Source of the DNA: an uncultured delta proteobacterium
GTDB lineage: Bacteria; Myxococcota_A; Polyangia; Polyangiales; Polyangiaceae
Reading direction: 5' to 3'
Assembly: GCA_963716725.1 (NCBI GenBank)
Contig: CAVQUB010000027.1
Coordinates: 32,001 to 96,000, forward strand
DNA length: 64,000 nucleotides
Part shown: positions 33,203 to 44,450 of the stretch, in pieces
Position numbering within the stretch: position 1 is the first letter of the stretch
Layout: each line of letters begins with the position of its first letter
Made by a program: the position numbers and the translations under genes
The notes under the pieces: generated by a model
Databases searched by the model: none
Told to the model about the DNA's origin: nothing
What the model saw: only the letters and a program-made list of their open reading frames with translations

Positions 33203-34573
33203 ATGAGCAAAGAAGACTTCGCGTCCTTGATGGAGGCCTCGGTGAAGGCCGGGCGCGGGACCGGACGCCGGCTGAAGCACGGCGAGGTCGTCGAGGGCAC
33301 GGTAGTGCAGGTGAGCGGCGACAGCGTATTCATCGACGTCGGCGCCACCAAAGAAGCGCGAGTCCCCAAGAGCGAGCTCGAAGATCGCGACGGCAACGTG
33401 CGCGTGCAGGTCGGCGACCGACTGCGCGCCACGGTCGTGGACTTGAGTGAGGACATTCCGGTCCTCGCGATCGCGCTCGGGCGCTCGGGCATCGATCTCG
33501 CCGGGCTCCAGACCGCTCTCGAGACCGGGACGCCGGTCGCTGGCAAGGTGACCAAGGCCGTCAAGGGCGGACTCGAGGTCGACGTGGGCGGCGTGCGGGC
33601 GTTCTGCCCGGCCTCGCAGGTCGAGATCGGCTACGCCGCGGATCTCGCTCCCTACGAAGGTCAGAGCTTCGAGTTCAAGGTGCTCGAGCTCAAAGACGGT
33701 GGTCGATCGGTGGTGCTCTCGCGTCGCGCCTTGCTCGAGGTCGAGCGCCGCGCCAGGGCGGACGCTTTGGGCGAGACGTTGGTGGTCGGTTCGGACATGG
33801 AGGGCAGCGTGGCGTCCGTCTCGCGCCATGGCGCCATCGTGGACGTGGGCGGTATCGATGGCTTCGTGCACATCTCGGAGCTCGCGCACAGGCGAATTGA
33901 TCGCGTCGAAGACGTCGTCAACGTCGGCGATCGCGTGGCCGTGCGGGTGCTGGCGGTCGAGCAAGGTGACAAAGGGCTCCGGGTGCGGCTCAGCATGAAG
34001 GTCCGACTCGATGCGCCAGAAGCACCCGCGGTGCAGGTCGACGAGGTGCTCGACGCCGTGGTCGTGAAGGCGATCGGCGGGGGCGTGATCGTGAGCACCG
34101 CCAAGGGCGAAGGCATGGTGCCCGTCAGCGAGCTCGGGCTCCCGCCCGGCTCGGATCACCGCCGCACCTTCCCCGTCGGGCGCGCGTTTCAGGTGGTCGT
34201 CGTGCAACGGGACGTCGCGCGCGGCCGCCTGCGGTTCTCGTTGGTGGGCGTGGCCCGGGTCGAAGAGCGAAAGAACTACCGCGACTTCGGCGGCGCCGCC
34301 GGTGCGTCGCTGGGGAGTCTGGGCGACGTGATGCGCAAGAAGCTCGGCTTGCCGGACGCCCCGCCGGCTCCCCCAACGCCGCCGTCCGTGCAGACCGCGG
34401 CAGCGCCGCCGCCCGCGGCCCCAGCGCCAACGCCAGCCGTCGCCGCCGCAGCGCCGCCGCCACCCCCGCCGGCCGCGCCGGCCGCGCCAACGCCAGGCAT
34501 GGCAGCAATGATGGGCCGGCCCGCCGCGGAGCGTCGTCCCGATCCCGAAGGCGTCGTACGCCGCAAGCGCTGA
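33203..34573 (+). CDS. S1 RNA-binding domain protein (short RpsA paralog)
   Basis: About four S1 repeats (GVRAFCPASQV, DGFVHISEL, EGMVPVSEL) and a Pro/Ala tail. Confidence 0.88.
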   Translation: MSKEDFASLMEASVKAGRGTGRRLKHGEVVEGTVVQVSGDSVFIDVGATKEARVPKSELEDRDGNVRVQVGDRLRATVVDLSEDIPVLAIALGRSGIDLAGLQTALETGTPVAGKVTKAVKGGLEVDVGGVRAFCPASQVEIGYAADLAPYEGQSFEFKVLELKDGGRSVVLSRRALLEVERRARADALGETLVVGSDMEGSVASVSRHGAIVDVGGIDGFVHISELAHRRIDRVEDVVNVGDRVAVRVLAVEQGDKGLRVRLSMKVRLDAPEAPAVQVDEVLDAVVVKAIGGGVIVSTAKGEGMVPVSELGLPPGSDHRRTFPVGRAFQVVVVQRDVARGRLRFSLVGVARVEERKNYRDFGGAAGASLGSLGDVMRKKLGLPDAPPAPPTPPSVQTAAAPPPAAPAPTPAVAAAAPPPPPPAAPAAPTPGMAAMMGRPAAERRPDPEGVVRRKR

Positions 34574-34582
34574 GCGTGTCGC

Positions 34583-34966
34583 TCAAGCGTCGGCGTCGGG
34601 CTCCTGGGGCTGAACCTTCATCCGCTTCTCGCGGGTGATGCTCACGAGCCCGGCGGGAGCACCCCGTGGCTTCGACACGTTCGCGGCTCGGCACACGTGT
34701 ACCTCCACGCGCGCGGCGTTGCGCGCCTTCGAGTACCACGCGGCGAAGGCCGCAGCCTGCTCGACGACTTCGCGCGGCACCTCCAGCTGATCCGGGTTCT
34801 GAATCACGACGTGACTGCCCGGCGTGCCGCCGCCAACGTGAAGCCACACGTCGTGGGGTTTGGCGATCCGAAAGGTGAGCTCGTCGTTCTCGTGCTCACC
34901 GCGTCCAATCAGGACTTTGAACCCGCCCACCTCGACGGTGCGATACGCACGACCCTTGCTCGACAT
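34583..34966 (-). CDS. Stand-alone NFACT RNA-binding domain (DUF814) protein
   Basis: VLIGRGEHENDELTF...DVWLHV..TPGSHVVI...AAWYSKAR...VSKPRGAPAGLV. Confidence 0.88.
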   Translation of the reverse strand: MSSKGRAYRTVEVGGFKVLIGRGEHENDELTFRIAKPHDVWLHVGGGTPGSHVVIQNPDQLEVPREVVEQAAAFAAWYSKARNAARVEVHVCRAANVSKPRGAPAGLVSITREKRMKVQPQEPDADA

Positions 34967-35083
34967 GCGCGTCCATCTTGCCACGGCGTGCGGCTCGGCG
35001 AACGAGGACGCACCGATCGCCAATCGAGGAATCGATCTCGGCTGGGCCATGACCGAGCTCCGTCTGCTCTGAGAGCCGAGTGA

Positions 35084-37199
<2,116 letters not shown>

Positions 37200-37203
<4 letters not shown>

Positions 37204-37511
37204 GCGAGCACGACCCCTCCACCGACGACGAGTTCACGCGCGCCGTCCGGCAGCGCGCGGAGCGGCTCAAGCGCGGTCGGCGGCACCGGATGGACTGGAA
37301 GAGCCTGGCGCAGGTCGGTGTTCTGGCGTGGACGTTCCTCCTTCCCACGCTCGGCGGCGCGCTCCTGGGCCGCCTCGCTTCGAGCATGGGGGCGCCGCGG
37401 TCGGCGCGCATGGTGGGGCTCATGCTCGGCCTCGGAGTCGGTGCATACGCGGCATGGCGCCAGCTGCGCTCCGGAATCGAAGACAGCGACGGGGACGAGG
37501 ACCCACGATGA
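37200..37511 (+). CDS. N-ATPase AtpQ (AtpZ/AtpI-like)
   Basis: LAQVGVLAWTFLLPTLGGALLGR, two TM helices, position in operon. Confidence 0.8.
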
Positions 37512-37771
37512 GCGTCCTCGCTATCCTGGTCGGCATCAGCCTGGGCGCCCTGGGCGGAGCTTTGCACCTGGCAGTCACGCGCCTGCGGGCCTCCCTGGTC
37601 GTGTCCGGCCGCGGCGGCCGCGCCCTCCTGCTCCTCCCGGCGGGCTTCGCTGCCATCGCCGCCGCCGTAGTCTTGGCAGCCCGCTTCGATCCACGCGCGG
37701 CGTGGCTGGTGCCGGTTGGGCTCCTGGCCGTGCGGGTAGCGCTGCTACGGTCTGGAAGGCAGCAGACGTGA
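37508..37771 (+). CDS. N-ATPase AtpR-like small membrane protein
   Basis: Three hydrophobic segments with Arg; lies between atpQ and atpB. Confidence 0.65.
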   Translation: MSVLAILVGISLGALGGALHLAVTRLRASLVVSGRGGRALLLLPAGFAAIAAAVVLAARFDPRAAWLVPVGLLAVRVALLRSGRQQT

Positions 37772-38433
37772 ACACGCCCTTCCCGGTGGAGGTCGCACGC
37801 TTCGGCGATCTGGTGGTCACCGACACCGTGCCGGTGACCTTCGGGCTCTCCGTCGCCATCGTGGTCGCGGCGCGGCTCGCCATGCACTACCCCGGCGCCC
37901 GCTCCGCCATCGAAGGCGCCTACGAGGCGCTCTCGAACTCGGTGCGCGGCATGGTGAGCGTCGATGCGGAGCCCCTGGTCCCACTCGTGCTCACGCAGTG
38001 GTTGTTCATTGGAACCGCGAACCTGGCCGGGCTGATCCCGCGGGTGTCGAGCCCCACGGGCGATCTGGCCCTCGCCGCGGCGCTGGCCGTCGTCGCCTTC
38101 GCGGCCGGACACGTGTACGCGGTCCGGCGCCACGGCCTCTCCTACCTCCGGCAGTACGTGGAGCCCACGCCGCTGCTCCTGCCGCTCAATGTCATCGGCG
38201 AGCTGTCTCGCACGTTCGCGCTGGCTCTCCGGCTGTTTGGCAACATGCTGTCCGGCACCCTCGTCTCGGCCATCGTGCTCTACGTCGCCGGCCTCTTGGT
38301 GCCAGTCCCGCTCATGCTCTTGTCCGTCCTCACCAGCGTCGTCCAGGCCTACATCTTCGGTGTGCTCACGTTGGTCTTCGCCGCGAGTTCCCTGCAATCC
38401 GCCTCGACCCCCAAGAAGAAGGAGATCCCTTGA
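37768..38433 (+). CDS. atpB: N-ATPase subunit a
   Basis: SPTGDL, LPLNVIGELSRTFALALRLFGNM (essential Arg), VQAYIFGVL. Confidence 0.93.
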   Translation: MNTPFPVEVARFGDLVVTDTVPVTFGLSVAIVVAARLAMHYPGARSAIEGAYEALSNSVRGMVSVDAEPLVPLVLTQWLFIGTANLAGLIPRVSSPTGDLALAAALAVVAFAAGHVYAVRRHGLSYLRQYVEPTPLLLPLNVIGELSRTFALALRLFGNMLSGTLVSAIVLYVAGLLVPVPLMLLSVLTSVVQAYIFGVLTLVFAASSLQSASTPKKKEIP

Positions 38434-38684
38434 CGTCCCACGACATTCTGGCCCTTGCCAGCATCATCACTGCCGGGCTCACGATGTCCATCGGGTCCAT
38501 CGCCCCGGCGCTCGGCGAGGCTCGCGCCCTGGAGCGCGCGCTCGACGCCATTGCCCGACAGCCCGAGGCCACCGACCGGATCACGCGCACGCTCTTCGTG
38601 GGGCTGGCGATGGTGGAGTCGACGGCCATCTATTGCCTCGTGATCGCCCTGGTCCTCTTGTTCGCGAATCCACTGCTGCCGTGA
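38430..38684 (+). CDS. atpE: N-ATPase subunit c
   Basis: GSIAPALGE...IARQPEA...GLAMVESTAIY...LFANP; AAGGAG SD before TTG. Confidence 0.95.
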   Translation: MTSHDILALASIITAGLTMSIGSIAPALGEARALERALDAIARQPEATDRITRTLFVGLAMVESTAIYCLVIALVLLFANPLLP

Positions 38685-38685
38685 C

Positions 38686-39441
38686 ATGAAGTTCAATACG
38701 CTTACCTTCGTCTTCGAGATCGTGAACTTCTTGGTGCTGCTGTTCATACTGCAGCGCCTGGTGTTCCGACCCTTGCAGCGCTCGATCGACGCCCGGCGCG
38801 CAGCGGAACAGAAGCGCGCGGACGAGACCGAGGCCAAGCTGGAGGCGGCCCGCAGCCTGGAGGCCGAGTTGGAGCAGGAGCGTGTGGGCCTGGCGGCGGT
38901 CCGCGACAAGGCCATGCGGCAGGCCGCCGAGGAGGCTGCCGCCGAGAAGGCGCGCATTTTGGCCCAGGCACGAGCGGACGCCGCGACTGAGCGCGCCCAG
39001 GCGGCCAGGCTGCTCGAGTCGGAGCGCGAGGCGGCCGAGGGCTGGCTGCAAGAGGCGACGGTAGAGCGCGCGACGGACGCGGCGGGGCGCATGCTGCTGG
39101 CGCTGGCGCCCGAGGCGGTGGACGGGGCGCTCCGCCGGGCGCTGCTCGCGGAGGTCGACCGGCAGGGAACGGCGCTGGCCCCCGCCGCGGTGGAGGGTAC
39201 CGTGGACGTCGAACTGCGCGCGGCGAAGCTTCCAGACAGCGAGATCGTCGAGACGGTCCGCGCGTCCATCTCTCGAGCAGTGGGGCGCCCGGTTCGGCTG
39301 GCACTCCGGGAGGACGAGTCGCTCGGCGCAGGCCTGGTCATCGCGATCGGCGATCGCGTGCTGGACGCGTCCATCTCGGGCCAGCTCCAGGGGCTGCGTG
39401 AGCGCACGCGCGCGCTGCTCACCGAGGGAAACCATGAATGA
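38686..39441 (+). CDS. atpF: N-ATPase subunit b with delta-like C-terminal extension
   Basis: TFVFEIVNFLVLLFIL TM helix, coiled coil, LGAGLVIAIGDRVLDASI. Confidence 0.9.
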   Translation: MKFNTLTFVFEIVNFLVLLFILQRLVFRPLQRSIDARRAAEQKRADETEAKLEAARSLEAELEQERVGLAAVRDKAMRQAAEEAAAEKARILAQARADAATERAQAARLLESEREAAEGWLQEATVERATDAAGRMLLALAPEAVDGALRRALLAEVDRQGTALAPAAVEGTVDVELRAAKLPDSEIVETVRASISRAVGRPVRLALREDESLGAGLVIAIGDRVLDASISGQLQGLRERTRALLTEGNHE

Positions 39442-40951
39442 CTCCCGCATCGAGTCCACGCTGCACCGCGTGACTCGAGCGTTGTCCCGCGCCTGCGACG
39501 AGTACGCACCGGACGTGCGAGTGCGCGAGCTGGGCCACGTGTTGGGGGTAGAAGACGGCGTGGTGCGGATCCGTGGCCTGCGGGACGCCGGTGCGGAGGA
39601 GCTCGTGGACGTCGCCGGGCGCCGAGCGATCGTGCTCGCTCTCGGCCCCGACGAAGCGCGAGCCGTGCTGCTCGACGACGCAACTGGCGTCGGAGCGGGC
39701 TCGACGGTGCGGGCGACGGGCACCTTCCCGAGCATCGGCGTCGGCGCGGCGCTCTTCGGCCGCGTGGTCGACCCCCTCGGTCGCCCCCTGGACGGCCAGC
39801 CCCTCACCGGGCAGCTGCGTCCCGAGACTCTCGAGCGGGCCGCGCCCGGTATTCACGAGCGCGCCGAGGTTCACCGGCCGCTCTCCACCGGCGTGCTGGC
39901 GGTCGACGCGATGTTCCCCATCGGCCGAGGGCAGCGCGAGCTGGTCGTGGGCGACGAGGGCACCGGCAAGACGTCCTTCGCGCTCGACGTGATGCTTCAG
40001 CAGCGGAACACGGAGGTGCTCTGCGTTTACGTCGCCATCGGACGGCGACGCGCCGAGACAGCACGCCTGGTGGAAGAGCTGCGCCAGAACGGCGGGCGTT
40101 GGGTGGTGGTCTCGGCGACGGAGGACCGCGGGCCGGCGCTCCGGTATCTAGCTCCCTACGCGGGCACGGCCATCGCAGAGCACTTCGCGCGGCGGGGCGA
40201 GCACGCTCTCGTCGTGTACGATCACCTGACGGCGCACGCCGTCGCCTGGCGCGAGCTGGCGCTCCTGCTGCGCCGACCTCCCGGGCGTGAGGCGTTCCCC
40301 GGCGACGTGTTCTATCTCCACGCGCGACTGCTCGAGCGCGCTGCTCAGCTGGCGCCGGAAGCGGGCGGCGGCTCCGTCACGGCGCTGCCGCTCGCGGTGC
40401 TGGAGGGCGGGCGCCTCACCTCGTACATCCCGACGAACCTGGTCTCGATCACTGACGGGCAGCTGGTGTTCTCCAGCACGCTCTTCGCCGCCGGACAAAA
40501 GCCGGCCATCGACGCTTCGCTGTCGGTGAGCCGCGTGGGCTCGCGGGCCCAGCCCCAGGCGATCCGCGAGCTCGGGTCGCGGCTCAAGCTCGACTACGCT
40601 TCGTTCCTGGAGCTCGAGGCCTTCTCGCGCCTGGGCACTCGACTGGAAGAAGCGACCGAGCGCACCCTGGCCCGCGGCAGGCGGATCCGCACGCTGCTCC
40701 GCGCACGCCGGGGCCGTCCCCTGGACACCGTCGCCGAGGTCGTGCGGATGGTGCTCGCGAGCAGTCCCGCGCTGCTCGGTGTGCCGGAAGACCGCGTGGA
40801 GGACTGCGCGGTCACCTGCGATCAGGCGGCACGAGTCGAGCTGCCGACGGAGTGCGCCCGGATCGCGGACGACGGGGTGCTCTCCGCCGAAGCGCGGGAG
40901 CGACTGGAGCAGCTGGTGGCGCGGGTCATCGCCGAGCGGTGGACGCCATGA
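39434..40951 (+). CDS. atpA: N-ATPase alpha subunit (divergent)
   Basis: PIGRGQRELVVGDEGTGKT, RRPPGREAFPGDVFYLHARLLERA, YIPTNLVSITDGQ, SVSRVG. Confidence 0.93.
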   Translation: MNDSRIESTLHRVTRALSRACDEYAPDVRVRELGHVLGVEDGVVRIRGLRDAGAEELVDVAGRRAIVLALGPDEARAVLLDDATGVGAGSTVRATGTFPSIGVGAALFGRVVDPLGRPLDGQPLTGQLRPETLERAAPGIHERAEVHRPLSTGVLAVDAMFPIGRGQRELVVGDEGTGKTSFALDVMLQQRNTEVLCVYVAIGRRRAETARLVEELRQNGGRWVVVSATEDRGPALRYLAPYAGTAIAEHFARRGEHALVVYDHLTAHAVAWRELALLLRRPPGREAFPGDVFYLHARLLERAAQLAPEAGGGSVTALPLAVLEGGRLTSYIPTNLVSITDGQLVFSSTLFAAGQKPAIDASLSVSRVGSRAQPQAIRELGSRLKLDYASFLELEAFSRLGTRLEEATERTLARGRRIRTLLRARRGRPLDTVAEVVRMVLASSPALLGVPEDRVEDCAVTCDQAARVELPTECARIADDGVLSAEARERLEQLVARVIAERWTP

Positions 40952-41748
40952 GCGAGGTCGTAGCAGCTGACTTTCACGTGCTCGAGCGCCGCATCGGCGC
41001 CGTGGGCGCGGTGCGGCAGGTCTTGCAGTCGGTCTGGGGCTTGGCGCGGGCAGAGCTGCCGCTGGCCGAGACGGCCGCAGCGGCGGCGACGGAATACCTG
41101 CGCTGGGCCGAGGCCATGAGCGAGCGGCTGCTCGTGGAGCGCGACGTCCCCGAGCGCCCCACGCTGCGCGTGCTCGTCGGTCCGGAGCGCGCGTTCGCGG
41201 GTTCGCTGCCCCGACGCTACGAGGAGGCACTCGCGGAGAGCGGGCCGCTGGGGATCGTCGGACGCCGGCTCGCGGAGGCCGCCGCCGAACGGTCCGACGT
41301 CCGCGACCGCGTGCGGTTTCAGCTGGCTGCCGCCACGTCTCCGGCGGACGTAGAGGAGTGCGCCAGCCGACTCGCCGAGGCCGTGCTGGCCCACGGCTCG
41401 GAAGAGCGCATCGTGCTGGTGCACGCCGTGCACGGCGGAGGTCTCGTGACCACCACGCTGCTCGGCAGCGACCGCTCCCCGGCACCGGAGCCGCCGGAGC
41501 TGTTGAGCGCGCCGGAGCACGTCGCGGCCGCCGCCGTTCGGGAGCTCGTGACCGCGCGCCTCGCGTTTGCGCTCATCGAGACCTTCCGCACGGAGGTGAA
41601 GGCTCGCCTCGCCATGGCGGAGTCGGCTCGCTCTGCCTGCGACCGGAAGCTCGAACAGCTGGAGCAGGCCTGGCGCACCGCGCGACAAGAGGCCATCACC
41701 AGCGAGATGCTCGAGGTCGTCTCGGCGCGCCTGGCGCTAGAGGCGTAG
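40948..41748 (+). CDS. atpG: N-ATPase gamma subunit (highly divergent)
   Basis: VGPERAFAG, EVKARLAMAESA, RQEAITSEMLEVVS; last gene of the operon. Confidence 0.8.
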   Translation: MSEVVAADFHVLERRIGAVGAVRQVLQSVWGLARAELPLAETAAAAATEYLRWAEAMSERLLVERDVPERPTLRVLVGPERAFAGSLPRRYEEALAESGPLGIVGRRLAEAAAERSDVRDRVRFQLAAATSPADVEECASRLAEAVLAHGSEERIVLVHAVHGGGLVTTTLLGSDRSPAPEPPELLSAPEHVAAAAVRELVTARLAFALIETFRTEVKARLAMAESARSACDRKLEQLEQAWRTARQEAITSEMLEVVSARLALEA

Positions 41749-41761
41749 CCAACGCGCTCGC

Positions 41762-42619
41762 TCAGCCCGCGATCTTGCGAGCGACATCCACCCGAGAGCT
41801 GGCGCCGAGCTTCCGGAACAGCGCCGCGACCTGGTTCGCCACGGTCCGGAGCGCGACGCCGCGCGCCGCTGCTATCTCCGCGTTGGAGAAGCCACGGCCG
41901 ATGAGCAGCGCCACCTCGCGCTCGGCCGCGGTCAAGTCGGCAGGCAGGGCCTTTCGCTGTGCCGGATACGAGAGCACCACGACGTCGAGCGCAGCCTGCC
42001 GCAACGCCTCCAGGGCACCACGCGACTTTGCGGCCTCCTCCGCGTGCTCGATCTTGCCCGCGGGTGTCACGACGGCGTCGACGGTCCGGGTCGCGAGCGT
42101 GCGCCGGAGGCGGAAGCCAGCGGCGAGGTGCGCCGCCACCCGGGACCAGCGCCGCACCTCCTGGCGGGTCGCGTCGCGCGTCGCGTGCAGCAACGCCCCA
42201 ATCCCGAGGCCGAAGCCCGTCGGATCGACGCCGACGACGCCGATCATGTCCCGCGCCCCGAGGGGGTGAAAGTTCGCAACCACCTCCGGAATTCCGAGGA
42301 TCGTCTCGGCTCCGATCGCCTGGCTCATGGTGACGCAGGGGCCAGCCACGTGACAGTCGGCGCGAAAGTCCCGACCCGCTCGCCCCAGCAATTCACTGCA
42401 ATGCCGCATGACCTCGAAGGCGCCCGGCTGGTCACCGGCATAGGCGCTGTCCGCGATCTCGACCTGCGCCGGGTTCAACGCGCAGAAGGTCCAACTGGCA
42501 ACGCCGTATCCGGCGTCGAGCTGCGTGCGCGCCGCCGCTGCCACTTCGGCGAGCCATTCCGCGTCCGAGAGTTCGGTTCGGTAGGCGCTCTCGATGACCC
42601 CGACGATGTCACTCGCCAC
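41762..42619 (-). CDS. LuxR-family HTH transcriptional regulator
   Basis: LTAAEREVALLIGRGFSNAEIAAARGVALRTVANQV. Confidence 0.88.
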   Translation of the reverse strand: MASDIVGVIESAYRTELSDAEWLAEVAAAARTQLDAGYGVASWTFCALNPAQVEIADSAYAGDQPGAFEVMRHCSELLGRAGRDFRADCHVAGPCVTMSQAIGAETILGIPEVVANFHPLGARDMIGVVGVDPTGFGLGIGALLHATRDATRQEVRRWSRVAAHLAAGFRLRRTLATRTVDAVVTPAGKIEHAEEAAKSRGALEALRQAALDVVVLSYPAQRKALPADLTAAEREVALLIGRGFSNAEIAAARGVALRTVANQVAALFRKLGASSRVDVARKIAG

Positions 42620-42672
42620 GCCGCCAGAGTACCCGCTGACTTTGCCGGGCTATATAGTCAGTTTTTCGGGGC

Positions 42673-44364
42673 TCACACGCAGGGCCCCCCGTTGCACAAG
42701 CAGAACTGGGCCTTGCAGACGCCCCCCGCGCAGGGGCACTCCCCGGCAAGACTGCAGCTGGCCTGGCAGAGCACCGTGCCGCCGCAGCCGTCGGGAACCG
42801 AACCGCTGCACTGACCGGTCGGGCAAGGGTCGGGGTCGGGCGTGCAGCCGCAGACGTTGTTGCTGCAGGTGGCGGGCAAGGTGCAGCTGCCGCAGTTCAG
42901 GTTGCCACCGCAGCCGTTGGAGATCGTCCCACAGTTCTTGCCCTGCGCCGCGCAGGTCGTCGGCGTGCAGCCACACACGTTCGCCGTGCCACCACCAGCG
43001 CAACTATTCGGAGTGCTGCAGCTGCCGCAGCTCAGATTGCCACCGCAGCCGTTGGAGATCGTCCCGCAGTTCTTGCCCTGCGCCGCGCAGCTCGTCGGCG
43101 CGCAGCCGCAGACGTTAGCCGTGCCACCACCAGCGCAGGTATTTGGAGTGCTGCAGCTGCCGCAGCTCAGATTACCGCCGCAGCCGTTGGAGATCGTCCC
43201 ACAGTTCTTGCCCTGGGCCGCGCAGCTCGTCGGCGCGCAGCCGCAGACGTTGGCCGGTCCGCCGCCGCCGCAGCTGTTCGGAGTACTGCAGCTGCCGCAG
43301 TTCACGGTGCCGCCGCAGCCGTTGGAGACCGTGCCGCAGTTCTTGCCTTGGGCCGCGCAGCTCATGGGCGCGCAGCCGCACACGTTCGCCGTTCCACCAC
43401 CGCCGCAGCTGTCGGAGCCGCTGCAGCTTCCGCAGCTCAGGTTTCCGCCGCAGCCGTTGGAGATCGTTCCGCAGTTCTTGCCTTGGGCCGCGCAGCTCGT
43501 GGGCGTGCAGCCGCATACGTTCGCCGTTCCACCGCCGCCGCAGCTGTCGGAGCCGCCGCAACTTCCGCAGCTCAGCGTCTTGCCGCAGCCGTCCGAGATG
43601 GTCCCGCAGTTCTTGCCCTGGGCCGCGCAGGTGGTGGGCACGCAGGGGTCTGTCCCACATTTGTTGGGGCCGGCTCCACCGCAAGACTGCCCGCTGGGGC
43701 ACGAGCCACAGTTCACCGTTCCGCCGCAGCCGTCGGAGATGGCTCCGCAGTTGGCGCCCACGCTCGCACAAGTCACGGGAGTGCACCCGCATTGGTTGGC
43801 GTTGCACACATCGGGCAGCTTGCAGGTGCCGCAGACAGTGTTGTTGCCACAGCCGTCGGAGACGGTGCCACAGACAGCGCCTTGCTGAGCGCAGGTCTTT
43901 GCCGTGCAACCACAGACGTTGGAGCCGCCCCCGCCGCCACAAGTCTCGGGCGCCTTGCACCCGCCACAGTCGAGGACGCCGTCACAACCATCGGACGCCG
44001 TGCCGCAGGTCGCCGCCAGCTTCTCGCAAGTGGTCGGCGTGCAGGGCGTGGTGCCGCAGCGGTTCGCGCCGGCGCCGCCGCAGAACAGGCCCGTCTCGCA
44101 GGTGCCACAGTCGAGGGAGCCCCCACAACCGTCCGGGACGCCGCCGCACTCGGCGTTCTTCGCCTGACAGGTGGTCGGCACGCAACCCCCGCTGTCCGCG
44201 CCCGCTGAGCCGTCTGAGTTCGTGCCGCCGCCCGTCCCGGCACCGGCGTCCGAACCTTCAGAGCCCTTCAACTCGTCGAGCGACGACAAGCTGCACGCGG
44301 CGACCGTGAAAGCACCGGCCACGGACAACCCGACTGCCAGACCGAAGCGCGAGAACCAGCCCAT
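42673..44364 (-). CDS. Cys-rich tandem-repeat lipoprotein
   Basis: Lipobox VAAC; about 11 repeats of ~45 aa (CAAQGKNCGTISNGCGGNLSCGSC). Confidence 0.85.
   Translation of the reverse strand: MGWFSRFGLAVGLSVAGAFTVAACSLSSLDELKGSEGSDAGAGTGGGTNSDGSAGADSGGCVPTTCQAKNAECGGVPDGCGGSLDCGTCETGLFCGGAGANRCGTTPCTPTTCEKLAATCGTASDGCDGVLDCGGCKAPETCGGGGGSNVCGCTAKTCAQQGAVCGTVSDGCGNNTVCGTCKLPDVCNANQCGCTPVTCASVGANCGAISDGCGGTVNCGSCPSGQSCGGAGPNKCGTDPCVPTTCAAQGKNCGTISDGCGKTLSCGSCGGSDSCGGGGTANVCGCTPTSCAAQGKNCGTISNGCGGNLSCGSCSGSDSCGGGGTANVCGCAPMSCAAQGKNCGTVSNGCGGTVNCGSCSTPNSCGGGGPANVCGCAPTSCAAQGKNCGTISNGCGGNLSCGSCSTPNTCAGGGTANVCGCAPTSCAAQGKNCGTISNGCGGNLSCGSCSTPNSCAGGGTANVCGCTPTTCAAQGKNCGTISNGCGGNLNCGSCTLPATCSNNVCGCTPDPDPCPTGQCSGSVPDGCGGTVLCQASCSLAGECPCAGGVCKAQFCLCNGGPCV
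42845..43640 (-). repeat. Near-identical 135-bp coding tandem repeats
   Basis: GCAGCCGTTGGAGA recurs at 42910, 43045, 43180, 43315 and 43450 (135-bp period). Confidence 0.85.
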
Positions 44365-44450
44365 GACAGCATGCTACCTTGGGAGTAAGCCCACGGCCAG
44401 AGACCTGGACGCGCGCTAGCGCGTACGGGCCAGGCGACTCACACTCCAGA

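Noticed and set aside
32972..34207. Long antisense ORFs (also 24558-25883, 48540-50309, 61596-62798 and others)
   Set aside because: High-GC shadow frames opposite well-supported genes
42845..43640. Regular repeats considered as a CRISPR array
   Set aside because: The 135-bp units are in-frame coding repeats without unique spacers, and no cas genes are present
42842..43888. Repetitive plus-strand ORFs (PQLP...)
   Set aside because: Antisense of the Cys-rich repeat lipoprotein
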